Translations under genes and position numbers: made by a program | Notes under the pieces: generated by a model | Told to the model about the DNA's origin: nothing | The model's database searches: none | The model's input: only the letters and a program-made list of their open reading frames with translations | From: Chrysomallon squamiferum | Taxonomy: Eukaryota; Animalia; Mollusca | Direction: 5' to 3' | NCBI GenBank assembly: GCA_012295275.1 | Contig: CM022668.1 | Location: 14,942,001 to 15,006,000, forward strand | Length of the DNA stretch: 64,000 nucleotides | Shown here: one piece after another, positions 1-15,073 of the stretch | Layout: every line of letters starts with the position of its first letter | Numbering within the stretch: the first letter of the stretch is position 1

Positions 1-139
1 AAAAAATCTATATAAAAAAAAGATCTAATAATATTTATAAAATAAATAATATATGATCTGAAAAAAGAATAAATAAAAAATAAAAATAATAAATTCTCCA
101 TCTTAAAACACAATATAAAATAAAAAAATATTTATCAAA

Positions 140-243
<104 letters not shown>

Positions 244-661
244 ATTATTTAACAGCCGAAACCCAGAGAAAAATAAAGAGGCATTTAAAAATGCTTTTCC
301 CCATCTTAATTCAAGTATTCAATTAAAACTTGGCGTTGTTTTAAAGCAGCAATGATCTAAGGTAACCTTGGCTATGAATCAACCCAGATTTTTGCCAAGC
401 GATGAATTTCATTATTTTTCTTTAAAAAAAAAAAAAAAAAAAAAAAAAGGAAGAGAAAATACCACACTTTCAGGCCACCGGCCTCGATATCTTAATTATA
501 TTTTTTTTTTTTCTTAATTGCAATGTTTATTCCGCGTATGTTCTTCCTTATAACAGGAATGTTTCAGAAACTATTTCTGTATATTAAGAGTACAATACTA
601 AACTTAACGATAAGTTTAATGTTTTCAAAGCGGACGATACTGCTACTACTACATCTACAAT

Positions 662-700
<39 letters not shown>

Positions 701-852
701 CACTACTACCATCATTATAACTGCTACTACTACCATCATTATAACTACTACTACTACTACCATCATTATAACTGCTACTACTACTACTACTACTTCTACC
801 ACCATTATTATTATTACTATTACTAAAACAACAACAACTACTACTGCTATTG

Positions 853-897
<45 letters not shown>

Positions 898-1220
898 TGA
901 CCATTATTGCTGCTGCTGTAACTATTACTTCTACTACTACAACTTCTGCAGCAACAAGTACTATTTCTACTATTTATTTTCACTCCTACGACTTATTACT
1001 ATTATTATTATTATTATTATTTTTTTTTTATTATTACAACAGCAGCAGCAGCAGCAACAACAACAACAACAACGGCTATTATTACCACTTCTTCTACAGA
1101 ACAAACAAATGATCGATTAGAGATTAGGTATATTAATATGAGAAGAAGAAGAAGAAGAAGAAGAAGAAGAAGAAGAAGAAGAAGAAGAAAAATATAACAT
1201 GAGAAAAATAACAGTTACGA

Positions 1221-1263
<43 letters not shown>

Positions 1264-2092
1264 AAGTAATAATGCCAAAGTTTACGACAATAAATTAAAT
1301 AGGGGCGTGACTAGAAAACGGAATGGGCGGAGTTACAGGAAGAATTAAATTTATTTTTGTACGTTGGTCTAAACAGGCTACAAATGTTGATTTTACGTAT
1401 TAAAACAACTCTTACAAAATGCACGCGAATTATCATATACGGTCACTTTCATATATATATATAAAAAATTAAAAAAAAAAATAAGAATTAAAAAATTCGT
1501 TATATATATATATAAAATTTAAAAATAAAAATTTAAAAAATCGTGACGTCATTTGAAACTGATAACAGTGTTTATGACGGTGTCAATTTCTCGGCAATTG
1601 ACGCGAATGGGTTGTTGATTTTCTACCTTATCAGTTAATATTGTTAGTTATCGCTATCTGAAGTAACTAGGCATCTCTGCATTCGCGAGCAAATAAATTA
1701 CGGCGAATTGAACTGCTATCTTGAAGCCCTGTCAATTCTTATCTAACAGGCTGGCCATAAATTTAAAGTCCGCACAGCCCACCCTTCTTCCCGCCAGAAA
1801 AAAAAGAGGTTGCGATGACGTCATCGCTGCGTAACAATTCGTGCAGAACGAAAAGTTACGCACTAAGATGAAGTGTGTTAGTCTCACGCAAAAATGTGCG
1901 TGTTTTATGTCCTTTAACGTGTACGCTCACTAATTGATAAAATAAAATAAAATAAAATAAAATAAAATATTTATTTATTTATTTATTTATTTTTGTATAT
2001 TTTATTTTTTTTTAATTTATTGGCTTTATCATCGTTATTGTAATAGTCATGAAAGGAAAATAAAAATAATTTAAATGTTAAGAAATATAGAT

Positions 2093-2190
<98 letters not shown>

Positions 2191-2354
2191 ACGAGTCAAA
2201 GAGTGAAAGAAAAAAGAAACAAAAGAAAAATACGGAGAGAGTGAGATAGAGAGACAAAGAGATAAAACGAGGTATGCACAAATTAACACCTAGGTAGATA
2301 TAGAGCGTATAGTATTTTTATTTCATTTCTTTTAATTCGTTATATATAAATATT

Positions 2355-2448
<94 letters not shown>

Positions 2449-2702
2449 TAATTGTTATTTGTTTTTCCACCTCCCCAAGAGTGCAAATCATGGGAGCATC
2501 AGGAATATAAAGGCATTTTGGGTGCAGACACATATACAAGTCTCCAGCAAATTGCGCAGTTTGAGGAAAGCCATATATAATTTTACCAAAGTCAAGTAAA
2601 TTACAATTCACTCTCGTAAAGTAATCAAAGAGGAAGATCAACCGAAGGGATGGGGAGTCAGAGAAAATGAGAATGAGAGAGAATGAGACAGAGAGAGAGA
2701 GA

Positions 2703-2786
<84 letters not shown>

Positions 2787-2801
2787 GAGAGAGAGAGAGA
2801 G

Positions 2802-2876
<75 letters not shown>

Positions 2877-4959
2877 AGAGAGAGACTGATTTAGAGAGAA
2901 CAAGACACAGAAACAATCAGTCGGAGATTCCATACAACAAACAATGACGATGTAATAAAAATTCAGCAAAAAAGAAAAAGAAAAACAAAAACCTAGGTAA
3001 AAAACACAGGTTAATATTACGTATAAGCAAATCCTTTTATTGTAGAGCATTACTGGGCTTAGTTTACGATTACAACCAAATGGGCGGTGACTACACTATC
3101 ATCATTTTTTTTTTTTTTTTTTTACGACCTTCTCCCCTCCTTCGTGAGAATGTCGAAGTCAAACGAGTACATTTATGACGTAGTTTTCCGGAATTCGGTA
3201 AGCTCGTTAATTTCCGTAATAAAGCGAGGTCAAAATACCAATATCTTGCCATTTGGTCATGGCATCCGTATTAAATTTTTAATGTTTTGCAAGTACGTGA
3301 CGGAAAATGTATCAATGACATTTTAAATAGAAATTGTCAGTTTTACAGAGTCAGTGCTATATATCTATATATAACTTTATTCATATATATATATATATAT
3401 ATATTTTTTATTATAATTGCTGATTATGATGACTCATTTAGTTATTGATGCCTTACAATCATCACCACTGTTACCAACACCTATTACTACTACGACACTA
3501 TCACTATTACTAAAACTACTGCTACTACTACTACCACTGCCGCTACTGCTGCTGTTGCTACTGTTACAACAACTACTACTGCTAAGAAGAAGAAGAAAAT
3601 TAGAAGCAGCATTTTATTCTGAATTTATTTATTTATATTATATTTTATTATATATGTTATGTTATATTATATTATATTATATTATATTATATTATATTAT
3701 ATTATATTATAATATTATATTATATTATATTATATTATATTATATTATATTATATTATATTATATTAGAGAGAACAGTAAAATATTCGACTTTGTGGACT
3801 GCGATTTCGTTTTAGTTATTTCAGAAATTAAATATTTAAACTGAGAAAATGTATGAATATATATATATATATTCACTAGTTGTTAACGACAACAATAACA
3901 CAAAAAGAGAGAGAGAGAAACAAAACAACGAATAAATATATAAGTAAGTAAATAAAAGAAAAATAGGATGAAAGAATAATAAAGAATGAAAGTTTTTATT
4001 TTTTATTTTTTTTTTTTTTTTAAAGAAGAAGAAAAAAGTGTTTAAAATAAAATGTAAATATATGTTTCTGTGATGGAATTTTAAAATTACTGTATCAGTT
4101 ACATGTCTGAGTATTAAAAAAGAAAAAGCAAATAAAAAAAAAAAAAAATGTCTCCTTCTAAGAAACACTTGACAATTTTCTAATATTACTCAAAACGTTC
4201 GGGACACAGATATTAGCAAACAACAACAAGAGAGAGAGAGAGAGTAAAAAATTTAATACCAAAGTGTGCATTCGACTCTTTGCGGGATGTCCCGATTTAG
4301 AATCGGGGTTTATTGCTGGGTTGTTGTTGGTTGTATTTTTTTGTGTGTGTATTTTCCATGCGGTAGAGATCCCACGGGTTGCAACGCGACGTCACCAGAA
4401 CGTATTTTATTACTTTGCAAGATGGCGACAACAGCGGGCCGGAAACTCCCGAACAAAAGATCGGATGAATTAACGAGTCCGAGTTAAAATCGTAAACTCG
4501 GCGATCAATTTGAAACTCTCGTTGGGGGGGCAGGATTTTTTCCCGTCTCGCACCTGGTCGCTGTTGTTTCGGTGACAAATAATAATAAAGTCATTTGAAA
4601 ACCTCCTGCGTGTTTTTTTTTTTATATTTTGTATTTTTTTTCCCTTTCCCCAAATTATTGTTTGCTTGAACAGTTTTTAAAACAAGCACTGTGTCTCTCC
4701 AAGTATTATTATTCACAATGTGAAGTCGCCATTTTTTTTAAAAATTAATTTCCCCACCACCACCTCCACCCCGAATTAACGCTAAAAGAAAGGGGAGGTA
4801 ACTCTAAGTAGAAGAAGAAGAAAAAAAAAAAATGTAGATGTAAAAACCCGCCATACATAACCTAACATCTGCGGCCACCCAGCCTTACATTCCTCGGTCC
4901 CATTCACCCTTTTTAACCCCCTCCGTCGTAAAAAATTTCAGAAAGGAATTTCCACCGGC

Positions 4960-4990
<31 letters not shown>

Positions 4991-6462
4991 AATTGCTTGT
5001 ATATTAGTATCTGAAGTGCCGGACTGTTCAGAATTAGGTAACCGCGTCACAGTCGAAATCAGTCCGCCGTTAGAATTGCTTATTACCGGGGGGGTCCTGG
5101 CAATCGACTGATTTCCATCGCGTATATTTTCTTTCTTCGCCATTGTGATAAATAACAATATCCACAGCTTCGACAAAAGATCATCTCCGGAGTTTATTGG
5201 GCAATAAATAAATAAATAAATAAATAAATTTGTAGACTGTAGCGCGAAGGGCCAACAATGCCCGCGGTTTTGTTTATGGGGAGAGATATTAAAGAGCGAG
5301 GCTGTTAATTGAAACTGGGACAGACGTCATAACGACGCGATTTCGCAGAGACGAGAGAAAAGAGGTTTAAACTGAAATTTTAGTTGGGTATATATAAATA
5401 AATAAAAAAAAAATATATATATATAAAACAAGTAAAAAAAAAAAAGAAAGAAAAAAAGAGTGTACTTATTTTACACAAAGAATAGATATAATATAATGTA
5501 CGCATTTTTAAGGTATATAGTTTGCAAGCTCAACACATAGTCATACCAGTTTAAACATACACGCATTCACGCACACCGACGCACAGATATATACACTCGT
5601 AAATAAATAAATACATACGTACATAGGTACATACATATATATAAATGCTTGAATGCGTGCACATTCATAGACATAGTTAAAAGTGCACGCACACTCATAA
5701 ACACACACAGACAAATATATAAACACCGAAGCTTGTGGATTATAAGTGTGCGTAAAAGCAGACATGAATTTGATTAATTTCTTTCTTTTCTGTCCTGCTA
5801 AAGAAACACGAACTGTAATATTATTCCTTACAAATAATTGATGACACTATTTTAAGAATTATTATTTTAAAATTTTAAAAATAATTTATTCAAAAAGTTT
5901 AATCAAAAAGCTGTACAAATAATAAGTATACTTTATGATTTTTCTTGTTAATAAAGGCTATTTATTTATTTATTTTATTTATTAATTAATACTGTTGATT
6001 TGCTTATTTATTTATTTTATTTTTTGTTATTGTTTGTTTTTTTTTTTTACATTTTCGTTTATTTGTTTGCTTTATTTACTTCGTTCGTTCTTTCTTTCTT
6101 TCTTTCTTTCTTTCTTTATTTATTTATTTACTTACTTATTTGTTTGTTTTGTTGTTTCCTTATTTTAACGTATCATTTATATTTTTATCTAGTGTTCACA
6201 TAAGACATTCTGAAATAAAATGTTTTTATTGATTAGCAAATTTAATGTTTTTGTATCTTACATTTGAGAATATTATTAATTATGTGTGATCGCGCGCACG
6301 TTAGCGTGTTTTCTGCATTCCTCATACAAGCGTCAACTTTTACACCGGTTCTTCATTTTTAGATATGGTGAGAAGTTATCTTTAAATTTGTGTGTGTCTG
6401 TGTGTGTGTGTGTGTGTTTGTGCGCTGGTGTGTGTGTATAATATGCATATGTATATGTGTAT

Positions 6463-6497
<35 letters not shown>

Positions 6498-6584
6498 TTA
6501 AATAGATAGATAGTTATACCACACACACACACACTCACGCACACACAATCACACTGCGGACTACAATACCGTAAATATCTAACA

Positions 6585-6618
<34 letters not shown>

Positions 6619-7266
6619 CGTATATTTACATACATACCACAGACACACAGCCCCGTGAAATTTCATACACACACACACACACACACAGAGAAAAAAAGCA
6701 GACAAATGCAGTAAAAAAATCTAAAATTATATATTTAAATTTTTTAATTTTTTTTTTTAACTGCCTTTCTGCAAAATGACACCTGCGGACAGTAAATAAC
6801 GTTTTCGGTGAATCGACTGCGTATTTACTGTTCACGAAATTGATGGCTGGCATCGGTTTTGAGATCGTAAATCATCGGGACCGTTCGTAAAATACGACCT
6901 TAATGGCACTGTCGTGTTCGCTAGCCCGTACTTTGGATCGCGCAGACGTCAAAACTTTAATCTCTGTTATTAGGGCGTGGATTAGTCATAACACAGACTC
7001 ATCGGTAGGGGCGGGGCGGGTCGGTATGTGTGTGGGGGGGGGTTTAAAGGAGTGGGGAGGGGTGTGTGTGTTTGGGTGGGCTAAAAATGATCTGAATGAA
7101 AAAGTAATATGTATCTGTATCTGTCTGTCTATCTATGTCTATTTGAAATGCTTTTTATTTTATTTTGTTTAGCTATTTTTGCTGTTATTATTGTTATTAC
7201 TATTACAAGAAAAACAACATCAACAACAACTATTACTACTGTTCTTACCATTACGTCTACTACGTC

Positions 7267-7335
<69 letters not shown>

Positions 7336-7579
7336 GACAACAACCGCTACTATTATAATTACTAGTACTACTACTAGTGTTACTACATTCTTTTTATATA
7401 AACAAACTACTAAAATAAAATAAAACAAAACAAAAATAAAAATAAAATTACATTTTTTCAAAATTTAAGCTCTTTTCCCCAATGTGGCAAAAACACTCTT
7501 TTGGAAAAAAAAACCTTTAAAACTCTACAAGATCACAGTTCCTAATTCTAATCCATCTAAACTTCCAGTTGGCTAATTG

Positions 7580-7622
<43 letters not shown>

Positions 7623-8751
7623 TTCCGATTTACAGTCAAATAATGAGTGGTATTAAAAGAAACTCGACACCGCCTTGTCCTCCGCAGTCTTGTGTAGTCC
7701 GGCTCGCGTATTAATACTCGTAAGCGTCTCGATATCAAGTGGGCGTGTCCGCCTGTCACATTCCATATCAAATAGTATGTGAAACGCGTTTTCCTGGAAT
7801 TCATTACTGCCATATCGTTTTCAACTGTTATTATGCTTAATACACTCAGACAGAGGTCAGCACGTGCTCGGTTGTCGATTTCTGCTTCTGACGTCATAAT
7901 TTATTTCATTTGTATTTTGTCTAAGTGAACGATAGATAGGTGTTTATCGTCGACGTTGCTGAAGACTTAGCCAACGTCATAATTAAGAGACGTAATTCCA
8001 TTTTTGTATTGTAGTCTAATTTAGTGGTTTTAAATCTTTAATTTTACACATAGTCATATTGAATATATATATTTTTTTTAATGTTGGTGTGCTTTGGTTA
8101 AGTTTTATACTTTGACAGAATTATGAAGAATTACGTATCGTAGTTATAAGTATTTGTATGTTATAAAGGTATCTACGTCATTTGAATATTACTTAAATTA
8201 ACACATTTTTATTTCAATTTTTGGTTTAAAGAAACGATCATTATAAATTAATGAATTATATTTCCGATTCGTTTAAAGAAAATGACAGAGTGAATCAAAA
8301 ATTTATATTTCATTCGTAATTTATTTAAATGAAACCGTATTTGAATTAATAAAACAAAAGTTTAAGATAAAAAGACTTTATTTTATTTGTATAGTGTTCA
8401 AAGTAAACTAAATTAATTTTGTTTTGTTTAAAAGAATGACAATATATGTTAAAAAATAGTTTTGTTTTATGTCTAAATAAAACGGGTTTAAATTACAGAA
8501 CAGATTTCGAGTAGCTTTATTTTACATGACAAATTTACATTGTTTTATTTGTTTATTGTTTAAATAAATTTAAAAAAAACAACATAAAATTAAATAAGCT
8601 TAATAAAAAAAAATAAATAAAAAAAAACAAACACCATCTCCCCAAAAAAAACTCAGACCAACGGCCCTCAGACCAAAAAAAAAATAAAAAAATAAAATAA
8701 AAAAGATAAAAAAAGAAAAATAAATAAATAATTATAATTATTACAGAAAAA

Positions 8752-8788
<37 letters not shown>

Positions 8789-10379
8789 CCAACTGGAATA
8801 ACAATACCCCGCAAGAAAAAAAAAAATTAAAAAAATAAAAATTAAAAATAAATTAAAAAAAAACAACAACTAATTAAATAAATAAAAATAAAAAAATGCA
8901 GCAAGAAAAACAATCCCAAAAGATTCTAAACTAACGAATTTTAATTCTTGTCTATTTTTTTAAAAACCCTTTGAAAGAATAAATTGTGGAACAGATTTCA
9001 ATTTTGATTAAAAAAAAAAGCAAGAAAATTTTACTTTGACAATATATTTCATATATTTACTTATATATAAATCTATTTCATTTAGAAAATTATAAACAAA
9101 TTCAGTCAAATAATAATATTTATATTTATAATTTTTTTTAAATAAAAAAATTAGAAAGTAACAGTATAAGTTTAGTATAAATTTTGAATAAAATTACTGC
9201 TTAAACAGAAAAACATTTTATCCGATTTTTTGTTAAAAAAAGATGCCTAAACTAAAAATAAATTTATTTCTGTAACATTATTTAAAATACTGAATATCTA
9301 ATTAAGTAATTAAATTCATTTCGATTTCTTTTATTAGACAATAAAGTCAGAAATCAGAAAATGTAATTTAAGATAATTTTCCTAATTATCGTTATTTTAA
9401 GAAATAAAATTGTAATAAAAGAAAATCGCGACAATAAAACTCAGTGAATGGAAAAATTTAAAAACAGTGAAAAATAAATAAATATTTTTATCTCAAAAAC
9501 TTCTACTGCTTCTTTTATTACCACTATCACTACAACTACCATACTACTATTACTACTACTTCTATTATTATTATCATTATTATTGTCATTATTATCATCA
9601 TGATCAGTATTATTATCATTATCATCATCATTATATTATTATTATTATTGAATACAACTTTCGAAATAAATAAATTAATAAATAAAAATAAACAAATAAA
9701 TAAATGCAAATAAATAGTAAACGTTTTGATAATTAACTAACTAAATAAAACAAATTAAATTAAATAATGAAATTAAAATTTTACATTCTGTGATTACTAT
9801 GATTTAACTCTACAGTAACAACTTTCAGAAGTAGTAGTAGTAGTAGTAGTAACAGCGCAGTAATATAGTAATAACAGTAGTAGTGGTAGAAATATCAGTA
9901 ACTGTTTTTGTAATGACAGGTGCTGTAGTAGACGTAGTAGTAGAGTTAGTAGTGGTAGTAGTAGTTGTCGTAGTACTAGTAGTCGCAGTAGTAGTAGCAT
10001 CAAAACAGTGTTAAAGCAAAATATCAAAATGTATATGAAAATATAATCTTACCAGCTCCTTTTATCAATTTTATAATTATATGGAATGTATTATTTAATT
10101 ATGACGTCATTATATTATTGTCTTGCTATGAATGACGTCATTTGTAAATAGAATTCTTGAATCATAAATGTAGTTTCTTTTTTTTTCATGAATTCCGCTT
10201 TCAGAGAAGGTAAATAAAGAAAGTAAGTTTGATAACTTTCTTAATAATATGTAAGTGATTTAATTTGCATAATTTTTACAACAGCGTCACAAAAAGTATT
10301 AAGATTTTACTTTTACTAATGCATCGAGTTTTTAACTATTATTGCATTGCTGCTAATGTTGCTTATTATTATTATTATT

Positions 10380-10412
<33 letters not shown>

Positions 10413-10636
10413 ATTATGTTATTTTATTAGTAGTATTATTGTTATCATCATCATCATCATCATCATTATTTATAATGAGAATGGCGGTGATGGTAGTAGT
10501 ATATTGACGATATTTATTTTATCCCATTAATTTTATGTTTTAAATTACCATGTTATTCTTAATTAATGCATAAGGAGAAATCAGTAGAAAATACCTATTC
10601 AGCCTGAGTCACCTCTGTGGAAATTTGAGACAGAGC

Positions 10637-10734
<98 letters not shown>

Positions 10735-11691
10735 GGAACAGATACGTCGTGTACAGAATAAAACTTCAAACGTAAAAATATTATTTTGTTTTGTTTTATT
10801 TTATTTTATTTTATTTTATTTTCTGGGGGTCGAATGACGTGTTGTCTGCCTACATATACAGTGTCAAAAGTTCGAGTCTCGTCAGCGGCATCTGACGGGT
10901 TTGTGAAGTCGTGATTGGACTTTGTCCTCCTGTACCAGTGCGTTCCCGAATATTGTCTGTGTGCAGAGTCTATTCAGACGTACATAAGACAGAGAATACT
11001 CAGTCGTAAATAAATACATACCTACATACATACACATACATACAAGCACAACACACACATACACACAGACACACACACACACACACGCACACACACACAC
11101 ACAAATATACGTACAGACACTAAGACGTTGTACGGTTTGACTCTCACATCAACACTTTCAATCGTTTTCAAGAGGGGGAAAAACATAATTTATGACGAAT
11201 TTGAAAGTAATCTGTGTTTTTCGATCTTGTTGAAAATATCATCTCCTGATTTAATATCAGATAACAATGGGCTTACCGAGCCGTTCAGTACACGTCCTCG
11301 GAAAAGTTCAATGTCTTTATAACACGTGTGTGTGTGTGTGTCTAAAGTACGTGCGTAACGTGCATGCGTGCGCGAGGTATATTCTTTCATTTTGTGCGTA
11401 TGTGCGTGTTTATTGGCTAATGATTGTATTTCTGTTTATGTGACTGTTTGTGTTTATGTCCGTCTGTTTGTACGTAGGTAAGTCTGTGATGTCTCTGTGT
11501 ATATATGGCTATGTGTTTGCATATAATAATAACAATAATATAATAATAATAATAATAGTATTAATAATAATAATAATAACAATAATAATAATAATAATAA
11601 TAGTATTAATAATAATAATTATAACAATAATAATAATAATAGTATAATAATAATAATAATAATAATAGTATTAATAATAATAATAATAACA

Positions 11692-11725
<34 letters not shown>

Positions 11726-12423
11726 CAACAACAATAATAATAAAAACACAACATGAATCCCTCGTTAATTAGCAAGATCTAATTTGCGAAAAAAAAAAAA
11801 AAAAAAAAAAATTGACACAAACGACCCTCCGTAGATAATCTCCAACCTTTTTATATTCTACCCCTCCTCCCCACATTTTAACATGGATAATTACATGGCG
11901 GGGGGGGTATCAATCTCTGTTTTGGTGATACACGAACGTGTTTCTCGTTTTTATCGCAGTTTCTTAGCGCCTATCCCCGATTTCTGTCTTATCAGGCTGT
12001 TAGTATACGAAACCCTCACCCACCCACTTCGTCCACGTCGTCAGCTATAGGATTACTACGGCAACCTACTGCAGCATTTACGACGTGGTATTTAATGAGG
12101 GTCATAAAATTGAAACTTGTAATGGAGTCCTAATTTTTTTTTTTTTTTTTTTTTTTTTTTTCACTGTATCTTCTCTGTGAATGAAAAAAAAAAAAAAAAA
12201 AAAAGGACACGTGGTTGTCCTGTATGATCAAGTGTTTAGGGACGGGTCGGATTGGGTTAAAAAAAAAACAAAAAAAAAAACAATTTACGTTCATTCAAGG
12301 GGATTAATCGTGAAACGTGTAGATTTTTCCTAGTCTGTGATGTTTGTTTATGTTTAAAACTAAGTTAATTACTGATGGGCTGACATGCACGCATTTGTAT
12401 GTGTGTGTTTGTTTGTATGTAAA

Positions 12424-12459
12424 TACATACATACATACATACATACATACATACATACA

Positions 12460-12493
<34 letters not shown>

Positions 12494-12960
12494 CATACAT
12501 ATGCACACACACATACATATATACATACATACATACATACATAATACATACATACATACATACATACATACATACATTTATACATATGCACACACACACA
12601 CATACATACATACATTATTATCTATACATACAAACACCACACACGCTCACACATATATACATATGTACATTGATACACACACACACATACAACCATACAG
12701 AAATACAGGCCCTCACAAACATACGTACAGAAATACGTACACACAAACATAAATACAGACATACATAAACACACCCCAAAATACATACATACATACAAAA
12801 CACAAATATACATAGATACATGCAAACACATACGTACATTCATGCATAAATACATACACACATATATACATACAGATACACGCATACATACAAAAAACAC
12901 AAAGATACACATTACCTCGTTACATCTCATATATATATATATACAAACAACACATCCATA
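12424..12960. repeat. (TACA)n/(CA)n compound microsatellite
   Basis: Directly visible; a similar (TATG)n array lies at 33143-33435. Confidence 0.9.
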
Positions 12961-13671
12961 CACATAATAAAATCATACTTTCGACCTTACACACATATCA
13001 AAAGAAAGATCTTTTTTTTTTCCTAGTTACAACCAGTTCACATAAATAAATCTTTTTTCTTTTTTCTTTTTTCTTTTTATGTGTTACTGGGGAATTAATC
13101 TCATCTTTCAAACAAACAAATTGCGCCTATCATAAAACATCCCTAAGTTTATCCTTTACTCATTTCGTGTGGGCGTTCAGTGAGCACCGCACCCCGTTTT
13201 AAACACCACCCTCCCTGGATTATGAACGGCGGTTCCCTTTTGTAAGATGGACGTGTGTTGTAAACTTCGCTACAACTGTACGCTGAAGATCAAAGGGTTT
13301 TTTTTTTTTTTTTTTTTGACGCAAGGAAAATTTTTGCGCCTTCGTTTTTCAGCGTCTCCGGTTTTAAAACGGTGAGTTTACACAGTCCTCGTTGTGGAGG
13401 ACTCCCGTCTCGGTTTGAAAATAGTCTCCGTCTTGTTTTGGTTGCTAAAAAGGTCAAAGGTCGAAGCGGCCTCTTTTTTCGTTATGGTTTGGTTGTGTAC
13501 GTACATGTATGTATGTATATGTGTGTGTGTATGTGTGTCTCTCTCTCTCTCTTACCATCTATATATACACATAGCATATATATGCACGAATGTATTTATT
13601 TATGTATTTACATACGTATGTTTGTGTATTTATATGTGTAAATATATGTATGTTTATAGGAGTATCTATAT

Positions 13672-13759
<88 letters not shown>

Positions 13760-14439
13760 TAAATTAATGTGTCAGTAATAAATCTAATACAAGAAAAATC
13801 TTTTACATTAATTTTATCTTAAATTGAAAACGTGACATACCTCGGCTATGGTCTAAACACTCAAGATACAGCACAGAAATGTAATTTCTTTTAGTTCTTT
13901 TATTCATTTTTTATTTATTTATTAATCCATAAAAAATAGTAATAATTTGAGCAGGGATCTGTTAGTTTAATCTCTGACAAAGTGAGAAAATTCTCCAGGA
14001 ATATAATCTTTTCTAATCCAATGTTTATTTTTGTTAATAATTAATTTTATACAATGTACAATATGAAAACAAAGTTAATAATGTAAAGACCAGAGCAAGT
14101 GACTAAACATACACAAACATTTGGTGAATGGTGGCTTTACTTATAACTAACATTAAATATCATCATCATCATCATCATAACCATAGCGTAATAATGATTA
14201 TGATCATTAGCATGATCATTATCATCATCGTCATCATTCTGATCATTCCCATCATAAAGATGAGTATATTTTTATTTAAATGATTCAAAAAGAAAAAAAA
14301 TAGAGATGCTAGAACCTTTGACAAAAAAAAAAATAAAATAAAATAAAAAAAATAAATAAATAAATAAATAAATAAAAATATTAATTACTAAATTATTATT
14401 TTACTTTCAGTATCTTCAAACAATGAAATTCAGAAAGTG

Positions 14440-14596
14440 ATTCATGATGTCCAATCACAGACAACTTTACTTGGACGACAAGATCACTGTCCAATCAAAT
14501 GCAACGTTACGTTTCGGCTAGTCTCTTTCAGCCAATGACCGAAGGCGTGACGTCAGTACAATGGAACAATACGTGTATTTATTTAACGAGTAAGTG
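14440..14596 (+). promoter_or_regulatory. Promoter-like motif cluster (3x CCAAT + CRE)
   Basis: CCAAT at 14451, 14491 and 14532 (about 40 bp spacing, same strand); TGACGTCA at 14548; GTAAGT donor-like site at 14590. Confidence 0.5.
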
Positions 14597-15073
14597 TACA
14601 TATTTTATTTTGTTTATTTAGTGTTTTTGTTTGTGTCTGTTGTGTATCTGGTTGTCCTACTGTCTGCCTGTCAGTTTTTGTTTGTTTATAGCAATTAATT
14701 TTCTTTCGTCTTTCTTTAATAATTTGTTGGTTTTTTTTGTTTTTTTTTTTACATTCAGTAGGTCTTTTCTTTTCTTTTCTTTTTTCTTCTTTTTTTTCTT
14801 ATTTCTCTAGGAATTTTAAATGTAATATTAAAGAAATATTAATGAATTTTATAGTTTTATTTTATAAAGTAAATAAGTAAAAAAGCAAACAAATAAATAA
14901 TAACAACAACAAAAACAAAAAGTTAAAAAAAAAAAAATAATAATAAATAAAATAAATAAAACTTATTTATACCAGAAATAGTAACAATAATAAACTTTTA
15001 AAATCTGTCCCTCTTTTTTTTTTCTCTCACTAGCACAAAATGGCATCTCTGAGGTCACTTCCGGTAAGCCTGG

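Noticed and set aside
10840-11330. Protein-like short frames (e.g. DIELFRGRVLNGSVSPLLSDIK on the minus strand)
   Set aside because: No recognisable family, no consistent exon chain, and interrupted by (CA)n repeats.
13247-13371. ATG...CG|GTGAGT phase-2 segment as a candidate Wnt10 exon 1
   Set aside because: The frame depends on a 20-T homopolymer and gives no real signal peptide; 29804-29898 is a much better exon 1.
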